Below are positions 28,049 to 37,182 of a stretch of DNA of 64,000 nt, one piece after another. The translations under genes and the position numbers were made by a program. The notes under the pieces are model-generated. The model worked only from the letters and a program-made list of their open reading frames with translations. It made no database searches and had not been told where the DNA came from. The DNA is from Candidatus Multivorans sp. (GTDB lineage Bacteria > Acidobacteriota > Thermoanaerobaculia > Multivoradales > Multivoraceae), in assembly GCA_965224025.1 (NCBI GenBank), contig OZ245033.1:864001-928000 (forward strand). Reading direction: 5' to 3'. Within the stretch, counting starts at the first letter, position 1. Each line of letters begins with the position of its first letter.

Positions 28049-29506
28049 TCAATACCGCGGCAACGACGGATCTACTTCCTCCGCCCAGGCATCGATTCCG
28101 CCGGCCAAGTTGTACGCCTGCTGGAAGCCGTGGTCGCGGAGGATGTGCGTGGCTCTCGTCGACCGCGGACCGTGGTGGCAGTGGACGACCCACAGGCGCG
28201 ATGGGTCGAGTTCATCGACCCGGCCCTCGAGTTCGGCGACCGGGATCAGGGTCGAGCCGTCGATCCGGCAGATCGCGTACTCCTGCGGACCCCGGACGTC
28301 GAGAATGCTGAACTCGCGGCCGTCGTTCATCCAGGACTGGACCTGGGTCGGCGTCACGTCGATCATCTCGTTTAGGGCCGGTTCCTCAGCGACGGCGGGG
28401 ATGCCGCAGAACTGCTCGTAGTCGATGAGTTCGGTCTGGGTCGGGTTCTCCGAGCAGATCGGGCAGTCCGGGTTCTTGCGCAGCTTGAGTTCGCGGAAGC
28501 TCATGCGGAGCGCATCGAATAGCACCAGACGACCGATCAGGGGATCGCCCTGGCCGATGATCAGCTTGATCACCTCGTTGGCCTGAAGGCTGCCGATGAT
28601 GCCGGGCAGCACGCCGAGGACGCCGCCTTCGGCGCATGAGGGAACGAGTCCCGGCGGCGGCGGCTCGGCGAACAGGCAGCGGTAGCAGGGGCCCCTGGCG
28701 CCCCAGAAGACGGACACCTGGCCCTCGAAGCGGAAGATGGAGCCGTAGACGTTCGGCTTGCCGAGCAGGACGCAGGCGTCGTTGACGAGATAGCGGGTCG
28801 GGAAGTTGTCCGTACCGTCAACGATCAGGTCGTAGTCTGCGAAGATCTCGAGCGCGTTGCTCGAGTCGAGCATGACCGGATGCGGCACGAGTTCGATGTG
28901 GGGGTTCACCTCGCACAGGCGCTCGACCGCGGCGTCGATCTTGGGGCGGCCCACGTCGGCGTTGCTGTAGAGCAACTGGCGGTGCAGGTTCGACTCGTCG
29001 ACGACGTCGAAGTCCACCAGGCCGAGGTGGCCGACTCCGGCGGCGGCGAGGTACATGCCGAGCGGCGAGCCGAGGCCGCCGGTGCCGATCATCAGCACCC
29101 TGGCGGCCTTGAGCTTCAACTGCCCCTCGGAGCCGACCTCGGGCATGATCAGGTGCCGGCTGTAACGGAGGATTTCCTCCGGGCTCAGCTCGGTGGCGGT
29201 CGCCTGGGCCGGGGCCGGTGGTTCCGCCACCGTGCCGCCCGCGATCGACGGGATGATCGCCAGCGTCGCGTCGCCGACGATCGTCGTCGCCTCCCGTCCC
29301 AGGTAGCGCACGTCCTCGTCGTTCAGGAACAGGTTGACGAAGGTCCGCAGCTTGCCGTCGTCGCCGAACAGGTGGGGCCGCAGCCCTTCGTACCGCGTGA
29401 CGAGCTCCTCCATCGCCTCGCCGACGGTCGCTCCGGCCACGGCAACCTCGGCGTTCTCGTCGGCGAAGCCCCGGAGGGGCGTGGGGATTTGTATGAGTAC
29501 GGTCAT
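28049..29506 (-). CDS. moeB: CysO/MoaD-like sulfur carrier fused to MoeB/MoeZ adenylyltransferase-rhodanese
   Basis: Ubiquitin-like domain ending PSIAGG, 'RYSRHL..GTGGLGS..SNLHRQ..CYRC..SCAEGGVLG', and C-terminal rhodanese CHHGPRS. Confidence 0.9.
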   Translation of the reverse strand: MTVLIQIPTPLRGFADENAEVAVAGATVGEAMEELVTRYEGLRPHLFGDDGKLRTFVNLFLNDEDVRYLGREATTIVGDATLAIIPSIAGGTVAEPPAPAQATATELSPEEILRYSRHLIMPEVGSEGQLKLKAARVLMIGTGGLGSPLGMYLAAAGVGHLGLVDFDVVDESNLHRQLLYSNADVGRPKIDAAVERLCEVNPHIELVPHPVMLDSSNALEIFADYDLIVDGTDNFPTRYLVNDACVLLGKPNVYGSIFRFEGQVSVFWGARGPCYRCLFAEPPPPGLVPSCAEGGVLGVLPGIIGSLQANEVIKLIIGQGDPLIGRLVLFDALRMSFRELKLRKNPDCPICSENPTQTELIDYEQFCGIPAVAEEPALNEMIDVTPTQVQSWMNDGREFSILDVRGPQEYAICRIDGSTLIPVAELEGRVDELDPSRLWVVHCHHGPRSTRATHILRDHGFQQAYNLAGGIDAWAEEVDPSLPRY

Positions 29507-29541
29507 CGTCAGTCTCCGTCAGACTCAGTCTTGTACGTGTT

Positions 29542-30000
29542 TCAGGGCGCACCCGTTTCGGGGCACTGGATCGGTTCTTCGTCGAAGCGGGAGCGGTCGT
29601 CACTCAGCCGCCAACTGCGCTCGTCGCTGGCGCGGCCCTCGCGCACCGAGACGATCAGGTAACTGTAGCCCGGCCAGGCATGATCGCGGTCGAAGTCGCT
29701 GGGACGCGATGGATGGTCGGGATGGGAGTGGTAGTAACCGACGACATCCAGGCCGTCCGCCCGCGCCTCCCGCTCGGTCCGCAGGATCACTTCGGGCGGG
29801 ATCAGGTAACGGTTGTGCCGGTTCTCGTCCTCACGCGTGTTCTCGGCGCCCACCAGCCTCACGACCCGGGCCGACACCGAACCGTTCCCGCCCGCGGCCT
29901 TCTCGGTGCGGCCCACCAGGATGCCGCAGCACTCCTCCGGGTAGGTGGCCTCGCCGTGGGCGCGGATGCGGGCCAGGTCGTCTGGGGACAGTTCGATCAT
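29542..30000 (-). CDS. mec: JAB/JAMM metallopeptidase (Mec-like, M67)
   Basis: ATG 30000, 'YPEECCG..YHSHPDHPSRPSDFD' JAMM motif. Confidence 0.88.
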   Translation of the reverse strand: MIELSPDDLARIRAHGEATYPEECCGILVGRTEKAAGGNGSVSARVVRLVGAENTREDENRHNRYLIPPEVILRTEREARADGLDVVGYYHSHPDHPSRPSDFDRDHAWPGYSYLIVSVREGRASDERSWRLSDDRSRFDEEPIQCPETGAP

Positions 30001-30044
30001 CCTCGAGATCTCGGTGCGGTCGTTGCGTGCGCCGGTCCGGCGAC

Positions 30045-31046
30045 TCAGTCTTCGTCCCAGAACGGCTCGGACAGGTACTTGTCCGCGCCGTCGCACAGGA
30101 TGGTGACGACGACGACGCGTTCCCCGCCCTCGGCGGCGCGCTCGGCGATCCGCCGTGCCGCCACCACGTTCGCGCCGGCCGAGATGCCGACCAGCAAACC
30201 GCTCCGCCGGGCGAGCGCCTTGACCTCGGCGTACGCGTCCTCCGTGCTTACCGCCGCCTCCTCGTGGGCGATCCCCGGATCGTAGATCGCGGGCACCAGG
30301 GCGCTCGCCATGTGCTTCATTCCCTCGAGCCCGTGGAACGGTCCGTCGGGCTGCATCGAGATGAGCCGCACCTCCGGCGCCCGCTCGGCCAGGTACCTCG
30401 CCGTGCCGCAGAAGGTGCCGCTGGTTCCCAGGCCGGCGACGAAGTGGGTAAGGCGCCCCTCCGTCTGCAACCAGATCTCCGGGCCCGTGGTTTCGAAGTG
30501 GGCGCGCCAGTTGGCGGCGTTGCTGTACTGATCGACGTAGCAGAAGTCGGCCGGCGTCGCCTCGATCATCCGATGCGCCTCCCGGATCGCGCCGTCCGAG
30601 CCCTCCATCGGATCGGTGAGGACGAGCTCGGCGCCGAACGCGCCCAGGATGCGGCGGCGCTCGATCGACGCGTTCTTCGGCAGGCACAGGGTGACGCCGA
30701 CGTCCATCGCCGCACCGATCATCGCGAGGGCGATGCCCGTGTTGCCGGAGGTCGCGTCCAGGATGCGGCGGCCTTCCTCGAGCTGGCCGACATCGCGCGC
30801 CGCCAGCATCATGTGGCGCGCGGGCCGGTCCTTCACCGAGCCGCCGGGGTTCGCCATCTCCGCCTTGGCCAGCAGTTCGGAGCCCAGCGCCTGTGCCGCC
30901 GGTCCCAGCGCGTGGCTGAGGTCGAGCAGCGGCGTGTTGCCTATCAGGGACAGCAGCCGCCGGGCGGCAGCGCCCAGTTCCGCCGGAAGCGGCGGGCCGG
31001 CCAAGGGGGCGGCGGAAGCCGCGGCGAGAGGAGGTTCAGCGATCAT
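30045..31046 (-). CDS. cysM: PLP-dependent cysteine synthase
   Basis: 'IGNTPL..KAEMANPGGSVKDR..TSGNTG..GLGTSGT'. Confidence 0.9.
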   Translation of the reverse strand: MIAEPPLAAASAAPLAGPPLPAELGAAARRLLSLIGNTPLLDLSHALGPAAQALGSELLAKAEMANPGGSVKDRPARHMMLAARDVGQLEEGRRILDATSGNTGIALAMIGAAMDVGVTLCLPKNASIERRRILGAFGAELVLTDPMEGSDGAIREAHRMIEATPADFCYVDQYSNAANWRAHFETTGPEIWLQTEGRLTHFVAGLGTSGTFCGTARYLAERAPEVRLISMQPDGPFHGLEGMKHMASALVPAIYDPGIAHEEAAVSTEDAYAEVKALARRSGLLVGISAGANVVAARRIAERAAEGGERVVVVTILCDGADKYLSEPFWDED

Positions 31047-31099
31047 TCTGTGGGCACCCGGTCGCGGCTCCAGCACAGGCGGTGGAGCGGCGACCGCGA

Positions 31100-31124
31100 A
31101 TTGTTGACCAGAATACTCACATTT
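31100..31124. promoter_or_regulatory. Candidate Rrf2-family (IscR/CymR-type) operator in the divergent promoter region
   Basis: AT-rich ATTGTTGACCAGAATACTCACATTT resembles the type-1 IscR consensus. Confidence 0.4.
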
Positions 31125-31174
31125 GACAACCGGTAGCCTGCACACGACGCCGCGACCCGGTATTCTCCGCCGCG

Positions 31175-31801
31175 ATGAACGACTCTCCGCACAGCGGCGA
31201 CGACCGCGTGCCCCCCGGCCAGTACGTCACGAAGAAGTGGCCCGTGCTGTCTGTCGGCGACACGCCGGAGGTGGACACGGCCGGGTTCGGGATGCGCCTG
31301 TTCGGCCGTCTCGAAGCGGAGCACTCCTTCGACTGGCAGACGCTCCAGGCGCTGCCGCGCCGGGAAGTCGTCGCCGACTTCCACTGCGTGACCCGCTTCT
31401 CGACCCTGGACAACCCGTGGTCCGGGTTCTCGACCAGGGACGTTCTGGCCGCCGTGCAGCCCACCGCAGGCGCCACCAATGCCATGATCCACTGCTACGG
31501 CGGCTACACGACGAACCTGCCGCTTAAGGACCTGCTCTCCGAGCACGCGCTGTTCGCCGACCGCCACGGCGGCGAACCGCTGGCGCCCGGCCACGGCGGT
31601 CCACTGCGCCTGGTGGTGCCCCATCTCTACGCTTGGAAGAGCGCCAAGTGGGTCTCCGGCATCGAGTTGCTGAACGCCGACGAGCGGGGCTTCTGGGAGG
31701 AGAACGGGTACCACACGTACGGCGATCCTTGGGCGGAGCAGCGCTTCTCGTCGCAGGAGACGCGGGAAGCGTGGCAGGTGCGGCGGGCGGTGGGGGGCTG
31801 A
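31175..31801 (+). CDS. Sulfite-oxidase-like molybdopterin oxidoreductase (YuiH-like)
   Basis: 'PPGQY..DFHCVT..HGGPLRLVVPHLYAWKSAKW..GFWEENGYH'. Confidence 0.9.
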   Translation: MNDSPHSGDDRVPPGQYVTKKWPVLSVGDTPEVDTAGFGMRLFGRLEAEHSFDWQTLQALPRREVVADFHCVTRFSTLDNPWSGFSTRDVLAAVQPTAGATNAMIHCYGGYTTNLPLKDLLSEHALFADRHGGEPLAPGHGGPLRLVVPHLYAWKSAKWVSGIELLNADERGFWEENGYHTYGDPWAEQRFSSQETREAWQVRRAVGG

Positions 31802-31811
31802 GAATTCGCGC

Positions 31812-31945
31812 TCGCCGCTTCGCGGCGGAGCGCCGGATGCGGACCAGAAGGTCCGCGCACCCAGAGAAGGTCGACGGCTTGGCGAAGCGCTCTACGCAAC
31901 TGGTGGGTCGTCGTGCAGGCACCGGATGCGGACCAGAACCCGGGT
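31812..31945. repeat. REP-like cluster: composite REP plus a half-REP joined to the start of a GAACC repeat
   Basis: CGCCGC-TTC-GCGGCG, then GCCGGATGCGGACC-AGAA-GGTCCGCGCACCCAG, then CCGGATGCGGACCA-GAACCCGGGT at 31922. Confidence 0.7.
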
Positions 31946-32403
31946 CAGTCGCCTTCGAGGAGTGCCTCGAGCGACGCGCGGATGCGGTCCCGGTCGCCCG
32001 CGCTCTTGACGACCACGAGGACGGTGTCGTCGCCCGCCAGGGTGCCGGCGACTTCGGGCCAGTCGGTCTGGTCGAGGGCGACGGCGAGGGCGTTGGCGTG
32101 GCCGCTGCGGGTCTTGAGCAGGATCAGCGCTTCGCCTTCGTCGAACCCGGTCACGAACTGGCGCAGGGCGCGTTCGATGTCGCGCCGGGGCGGCGTCGCG
32201 GCCTGGTCCGCGGGCGCGTAGCGCGAACCGCCGCCCGCGAGCGGCACCTTGACCAGGCCGAGACGGCGCACGTCGCGCGACACGGTGGCCTGGGAGACGC
32301 GGATGCCCCGTCGGTCGAGCGCCCGCACGAACTCCTTGTGACTCGACACCGGCCGCTCACCGATGATGTCGAGGATCGCGCCGCGCCGGATCGCCGGACT
32401 CAC
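31945..32403 (-). CDS. argR: Arginine repressor
   Basis: 'VSQATVSRDVRRLGLVK' and 'GTLAGDDT'. GTG 32403 overlaps the argH stop. Confidence 0.92.
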   Translation of the reverse strand: MSPAIRRGAILDIIGERPVSSHKEFVRALDRRGIRVSQATVSRDVRRLGLVKVPLAGGGSRYAPADQAATPPRRDIERALRQFVTGFDEGEALILLKTRSGHANALAVALDQTDWPEVAGTLAGDDTVLVVVKSAGDRDRIRASLEALLEGD

Positions 32404-33920
32404 GCGCCGCCTCCCGGGAGCGCCTCCGCCAGCAGTTCGCCGTCCAGGTGAGCGCGGTAGACCGGCGGCGGCTCCTGTGCCTCCAGCCACCGGCGCTCCT
32501 CCTGCAGACGCGCCGCGGCGAGCTCGATCTGCTCGGCCACCCGCTCCGGGGCCGGCCCGCCGTAGCTCCGGTGGGCGGCGAGCGAGGCTTCCGGCCGCAA
32601 CGCCGCCACGAGTCCGTCGATGTCCTCGATCTCGGGAACGAGGTCCCGAAGCTCCGAGGCCGGGAGCTGCCACAGCTCGACGCCCCGCTCCTCGGCGGCC
32701 CGCACCACTGCGCCGGTCCGTTCGTGGGCGCCGCGGAACGGCACGCCGGCGACGGCGAGCCGGTCGGCCAGGTCGGTGGCGGTGATGTAGGAGCCTTCGA
32801 GCGCGGCCGCCATCGCTTCGCGGTCGAACTCCAGGCTCTCCGCCAGCACGCGGGCCACGCGGAGCGAGGCGCCCACCGTGTCGAAGGCGTCGAACAGCGC
32901 CTCCTTGTCCTCCTGCAGGTCGCTGTTGTAGGTCAGCGGCAGGCCCTTGACCGTGACCAGCAGGGAGACGAGGTCGCCCACCGCGCGCCCCGACTTGCCG
33001 CGCAGGATCTCCGCCGGCTCCGGGTTCTTCTTCTGCGGCATGATGCTCGAACCCTTGGCGGCGCGGTCCTGCAGCCGGGCGAAACCGAACTCGCTCGACG
33101 TCCAGAGCACGACCTCCTCGGCCCAGCGCGACAGGTGCACCATGGTCAGCGCGCACGCGAACAGCGCCTCGGCGGCGTAGTCGCGGTCCGCCACCGCCCA
33201 CATGGTGTTCGGGTAGGGCGCCTCCATGCCGAGCAGCTCGGCGCTCCGCCGAGGGTCGATCCGGTGCGGCGACCCGGCCATGGCACCGGCGCCCAGGGGG
33301 CAGAGTCCCGCCGCCCGGTGCGCCCGCCGCAGCCGCCCGGCGTCGGCGAGAACGGACCAGGCGTGGGCCAGCAGATGCTGCGCCAGGCTGGTCGGCTGGG
33401 CGCGCTGCATGTGCGTGTACCCCGGCAGCGCGGTACCTGTGTGCTGCCGCGCGTGGTCGATGAGGGCGCCGGCGAAGCCCGCGGCCGCGGCGACCGCGCG
33501 CTCGACCTCGGACCGCTGCCACAGCCGCAGCGCCACCGCGGTCTGATCGTTCCGGCTGCGCGCGGTGTGCAGGCGCCGGCCGGCGTCGCCGATCTCTTCC
33601 GTGAGTTGCCGCTCGATCCAGGTGTGAACGTCCTCGTCCCCGCCGCCGACCTCGAGCTCCCCCGCCTCGACCCGCCGCAGCAGGGAACCGAGACCTTCGA
33701 GGATCGCGCAAGACGATTCGCGGTCGATCACGCCGGCCTCGAACAGCATGCGGGCGTGGGCCAGACACCCCACCAGGTCCGCCGCCGCGAGCCGGTGGTC
33801 GAAAGGCAGCGACCGCGTGTACGCGTCAATCACCGGATCGACCTCCGATTCGAAGGCGCCGCCCCACAAGCGAGACGTAGCGGACCGACCCGCCCTTCCT
33901 CCCGGGTCCCGGGCGTTCAA
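32400..33920 (-). CDS. argH: Argininosuccinate lyase
   Basis: 'LWGGAF', 'HTARSRNDQ', 'GSSIMPQKKNP'. Confidence 0.95.
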   Translation of the reverse strand: MNARDPGGRAGRSATSRLWGGAFESEVDPVIDAYTRSLPFDHRLAAADLVGCLAHARMLFEAGVIDRESSCAILEGLGSLLRRVEAGELEVGGGDEDVHTWIERQLTEEIGDAGRRLHTARSRNDQTAVALRLWQRSEVERAVAAAAGFAGALIDHARQHTGTALPGYTHMQRAQPTSLAQHLLAHAWSVLADAGRLRRAHRAAGLCPLGAGAMAGSPHRIDPRRSAELLGMEAPYPNTMWAVADRDYAAEALFACALTMVHLSRWAEEVVLWTSSEFGFARLQDRAAKGSSIMPQKKNPEPAEILRGKSGRAVGDLVSLLVTVKGLPLTYNSDLQEDKEALFDAFDTVGASLRVARVLAESLEFDREAMAAALEGSYITATDLADRLAVAGVPFRGAHERTGAVVRAAEERGVELWQLPASELRDLVPEIEDIDGLVAALRPEASLAAHRSYGGPAPERVAEQIELAAARLQEERRWLEAQEPPPVYRAHLDGELLAEALPGGGA

Positions 33921-35095
33921 GCCGCGGCTTCCTCCAGCGCGTGGGCGAGGATTCCGACCGCGCGCTCGATCTCCGGGTCGTGGACGACGAGCGGCGGCAG
34001 CATGCGAATGCTGTGCGGCCGCGGCGCGTTGACGAGCAGGCCGTTCTCCAGGCAGCGGTTCACCACGTCGGGCGCCGCCGGCGTGCATTCGATCGCGATC
34101 ATCAGCCCCTGGCCGCGCACCTCGGTGACCAGGCCGCCGGCGCCGAGCTGTCCCAGCAGCACGCGCAGGTACTCGCCGGCCCGGTTCACGCGCTCGAGGA
34201 AGGCCGGATCGAGCACCGTCCGGAGCACCGCCGTCACCGCCGCGCAGGCCAGGGGGTTGCCGCCGAAGGTGGTGCCGTGGGTGCCGGGCACGAGCGAGGC
34301 CGCGACCTCTTCCCGCGCCAGGACCGCTCCCACCGGGATTCCGCCGCCCAGACCCTTGGCGAGGGTGATCACATCCGGTTCGAGCCCGTAGTGCTGGAAG
34401 CCGAAGGCGCTGCCGAGACGCCCGATTCCGGTCTGCACCTCGTCGAGGACGAACAGCGCGCCACGCTCGCGGCAGAGAGCCTGCAGGCCCTCCAGGTAGC
34501 CGGCCGGCGGCTCGATCACGCCGGCTTCGCCCTGGATCGCCTCGATGAGCACCGCGCAGGTCGACCCGTCGATCTCGGCCGCGGCCGCCTCAAGGTCGCC
34601 GAACGGCACGCCGACGAAGCCCCCGGGCAGCGGCTTGAAGCCGACCTGGTAGGCGGGTGTGCCGGTCGCCGCAAGCGCGCCGAGGGTGCGGCCGTGAAAG
34701 CCGCCCTCGGCGGTCACGATCTTGTGCCGGTCGCCCGAGCCGTCCTGGTCGTAGCCGTAGCGTCGCACCAGCTTGATCGCCGCCTCGACCGCCTCCGCGC
34801 CGCTGTTGCAGAAGAAGGCCCGGTCCAGGACGCCGCCTGTCGCTTCGACCAACCTCCGGCCCGCCCGTTCCTGCTCCGGAATCCGGTAGAGGTTCGATAC
34901 GTGGAGGTAGCGACGCGCCTGGCGGCTGATGGCGTCGCTCAGCGCGGGATGGTTGTGACCCAGGGACGACACCGCGATGCCGCCCATGAAGTCGAGATAC
35001 TCGCGGCCCCGCTGGTCCCAGAGGAGCACGCCGTCCCCGTGGCTGAACGCCACCGGCGCCCGTTTGTAGTTCGCGAACAGGCTGTCCTCGGTCAT
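33917..35095 (-). CDS. argD: Acetylornithine aminotransferase
   Basis: 'NSGAEAVE..FHGRT..DEVQTG..LAKGLGGG..HGTTFGGNP'. Confidence 0.93.
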   Translation of the reverse strand: MTEDSLFANYKRAPVAFSHGDGVLLWDQRGREYLDFMGGIAVSSLGHNHPALSDAISRQARRYLHVSNLYRIPEQERAGRRLVEATGGVLDRAFFCNSGAEAVEAAIKLVRRYGYDQDGSGDRHKIVTAEGGFHGRTLGALAATGTPAYQVGFKPLPGGFVGVPFGDLEAAAAEIDGSTCAVLIEAIQGEAGVIEPPAGYLEGLQALCRERGALFVLDEVQTGIGRLGSAFGFQHYGLEPDVITLAKGLGGGIPVGAVLAREEVAASLVPGTHGTTFGGNPLACAAVTAVLRTVLDPAFLERVNRAGEYLRVLLGQLGAGGLVTEVRGQGLMIAIECTPAAPDVVNRCLENGLLVNAPRPHSIRMLPPLVVHDPEIERAVGILAHALEEAAA

Positions 35096-35102
35096 CTTGA
35101 AG

Positions 35103-35963
35103 TCACTCCACGGGTTCCGCAGGTTCTTTGATCATCGTGCCGATTCCGCCCTCGGTGAACATCTCCACCAGGAGCCCGTGCGGCTCGCTCGCGGCGAGGA
35201 TGTGGGCGCTCGTGACCCCGGCCTCGAGCGCGCTCAGACAGGCCCGCACCTTGGGCACCATACCGGCCGACACGACGCCGGAGTCGATCAGGTCTTGCGC
35301 CTGCGCGGGCGTCAACCGCGAGCGGAACTGGCCGTTGTCGCTGATGCCGCGCACGTCGGTCAGGAGCAGGAGCTTCTCCGCCGCCACTTCCGCGGCGAGC
35401 GCCGCGGCGGCGGTGTCGGCGTTGATGTTGTAGGTCTCGCCGCCAGGCCCGACGCCGAGCGACCCGATCACCGGCACGTAACCGGAGTTCGTGAGCTGAT
35501 CGAGCAGGGAGGTGTCGACCTTCTCGATCTCGCCGACGAAGCCCAGTTCGTCCGAGCGCGGGTGGGGCCGCACGCGCAGCAGGTCGCCGTCCTTCCCGGT
35601 CAGCCCGACGGCGCGGCCGCCGGCGCGCTGGATCATTCCCACCAGGCGCTTGTTCACGGAGCCGCCGAGCACCATCTCGACGACCCGCATCGTGGCGCCA
35701 TCGGTGACGCGCAGGCCGTCGACGAAGCGCGGTTCGATGCCCATGACCTGGAGCATCTTCGAGATCTCGGCGCCGCCGCCGTGGACGAGCATCGGTCGCA
35801 GCCCGGCGCTCCCGAGCAGCACGATGTCCTCGATCAGCGAGCCGTACTCGTCGCCGGCCATGGCCCGGCCGCCGTACTTGATCACCACCCGCTTGCCGCG
35901 CCACGCCGACGCGTACCGCAGTGCAGCCGCCATCTCCAGGCCCAGATCGCGTTCCGTTCTCAT
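35103..35963 (-). CDS. argB: Acetylglutamate kinase
   Basis: 'VIKYGG..VHGGG..GLRVTD..NINAD..GMVPK'. Confidence 0.95.
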   Translation of the reverse strand: MRTERDLGLEMAAALRYASAWRGKRVVIKYGGRAMAGDEYGSLIEDIVLLGSAGLRPMLVHGGGAEISKMLQVMGIEPRFVDGLRVTDGATMRVVEMVLGGSVNKRLVGMIQRAGGRAVGLTGKDGDLLRVRPHPRSDELGFVGEIEKVDTSLLDQLTNSGYVPVIGSLGVGPGGETYNINADTAAAALAAEVAAEKLLLLTDVRGISDNGQFRSRLTPAQAQDLIDSGVVSAGMVPKVRACLSALEAGVTSAHILAASEPHGLLVEMFTEGGIGTMIKEPAEPVE

Positions 35964-35979
35964 CGCTCCCGCCCGTTCC

Positions 35980-37182
35980 TCAACTGATGTAGCTCGCGTT
36001 GATCTGGATGTAGCCCTCGGACAGATCGCAGGTCCAGACCGTCCACCGGCCGGAACCGAGCCCGAGATCGACATGGAGCACGGAGCGGTCCGCCAGCATC
36101 GCCTGGCCCAGGGGTTCGAGGTCGTCCGTGGCGCCCAGCCCACCGCGCACGACCTCAACCCGTTCGCTCCCGGCGCTCACATCGATCGCGATCCGCTGCT
36201 CGACGATGTCGACACCGGCACGGCCGATCGCCCCCATGAACCGGCCCCAGTTCGGCTGACCCGTGCGGTACGCCGTCTTGACCAGGGGCGAGTTGGCGAT
36301 CGTCGTCGCCACCTGGCGCGCCGCGGCGTCGGTGCGCGCGCCGCCGACACGGATTTCGACCACCCGGTTGGCGCCTTCACCGTCGGCGATGAGGGCGACC
36401 GCGAGACGGCCCAGCAGCCTTTCGAGTGCCTCGGTGAAGCGCTCCAGGTCCTTCCCCGAGGCCGCTTCGACACCGGCTGCGCCGTTGGCTAGAACCAGGA
36501 TGCTGTCGTTCGTGCTTGTGTCGCCGTCGACGGTGACGCTGTTGAAGGTCGGCTCGACCGCTCGCCGCAGCGCGAAGTCGAGCGCCGCCGGCGTCACCTT
36601 GGCGTCCGTGGTGACGAAGGCCAGGGTGGTCGCCATGTCCGGCGCCATCATGCCGGCGCCCTTGGCGATGCCGCCGATCGTCACTTCGCCGCCCGAGAGT
36701 TCCACCGTCTCGACCTCGATCTTGGTCCGCGTATCGGTGGTCAGAATCGCTTCCGCCGCCCGTTCACCGCCGTCCGGACCCAGTTCGGCAGCCGCGAGAT
36801 CGATGCCGGCCAGTACCGTAGGCATCGGCAGCGGAACGCCGATCACCCCGGTCGACGCCACGAGGACGTGTTCGGAGTCGATTTCGAGCGCCGCCCCGGT
36901 ACACGCGGCCATTGCCCAGGTATCGGCCAGACCCGATTCACCCGTACAGGCGTTCGCGTTGCCGCTGTTCGCGACGATCGCCCGCGCCCGACCGGCGGCC
37001 GCCACGTCGCGGCAGTAGAGCACCGGTGCCGCCTGCACCTGGTTGCGCGTGAACACGCCCGCTACCGTTGCCGGCTCCGCGGCCGTCGAAACGATGATCG
37101 CCAGATCGAGCTTCTTCTCCTTCAGGCCGCAGTGGACGCCGGCGGCAACGAAGCCCCGCGGGGCGGTGACGCCGCTGCTCAT
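35980..37182 (-). CDS. argJ: Ornithine acetyltransferase
   Basis: 'NSGNANACTG..STGVIG..KGAGMMAPDMATTL..DGDTSTND..SPLVKTA'. Confidence 0.95.
   Translation of the reverse strand: MSSGVTAPRGFVAAGVHCGLKEKKLDLAIIVSTAAEPATVAGVFTRNQVQAAPVLYCRDVAAAGRARAIVANSGNANACTGESGLADTWAMAACTGAALEIDSEHVLVASTGVIGVPLPMPTVLAGIDLAAAELGPDGGERAAEAILTTDTRTKIEVETVELSGGEVTIGGIAKGAGMMAPDMATTLAFVTTDAKVTPAALDFALRRAVEPTFNSVTVDGDTSTNDSILVLANGAAGVEAASGKDLERFTEALERLLGRLAVALIADGEGANRVVEIRVGGARTDAAARQVATTIANSPLVKTAYRTGQPNWGRFMGAIGRAGVDIVEQRIAIDVSAGSERVEVVRGGLGATDDLEPLGQAMLADRSVLHVDLGLGSGRWTVWTCDLSEGYIQINASYIS

Noticed and set aside
28049-31046. Ubl + E1 + JAB as an antiviral ubiquitin-like system (Bil/CBASS type)
   Set aside because: No E2 or cyclase is present. 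The rhodanese fusion and cysM neighbour indicate sulfur-carrier cysteine synthesis
30001-33768. Long N-terminal extensions of mec (to 30687) and argR (to 33768)
   Set aside because: Alternative-frame overlaps with cysM and argH, Arg/Gly/Pro-rich, a high-GC artefact
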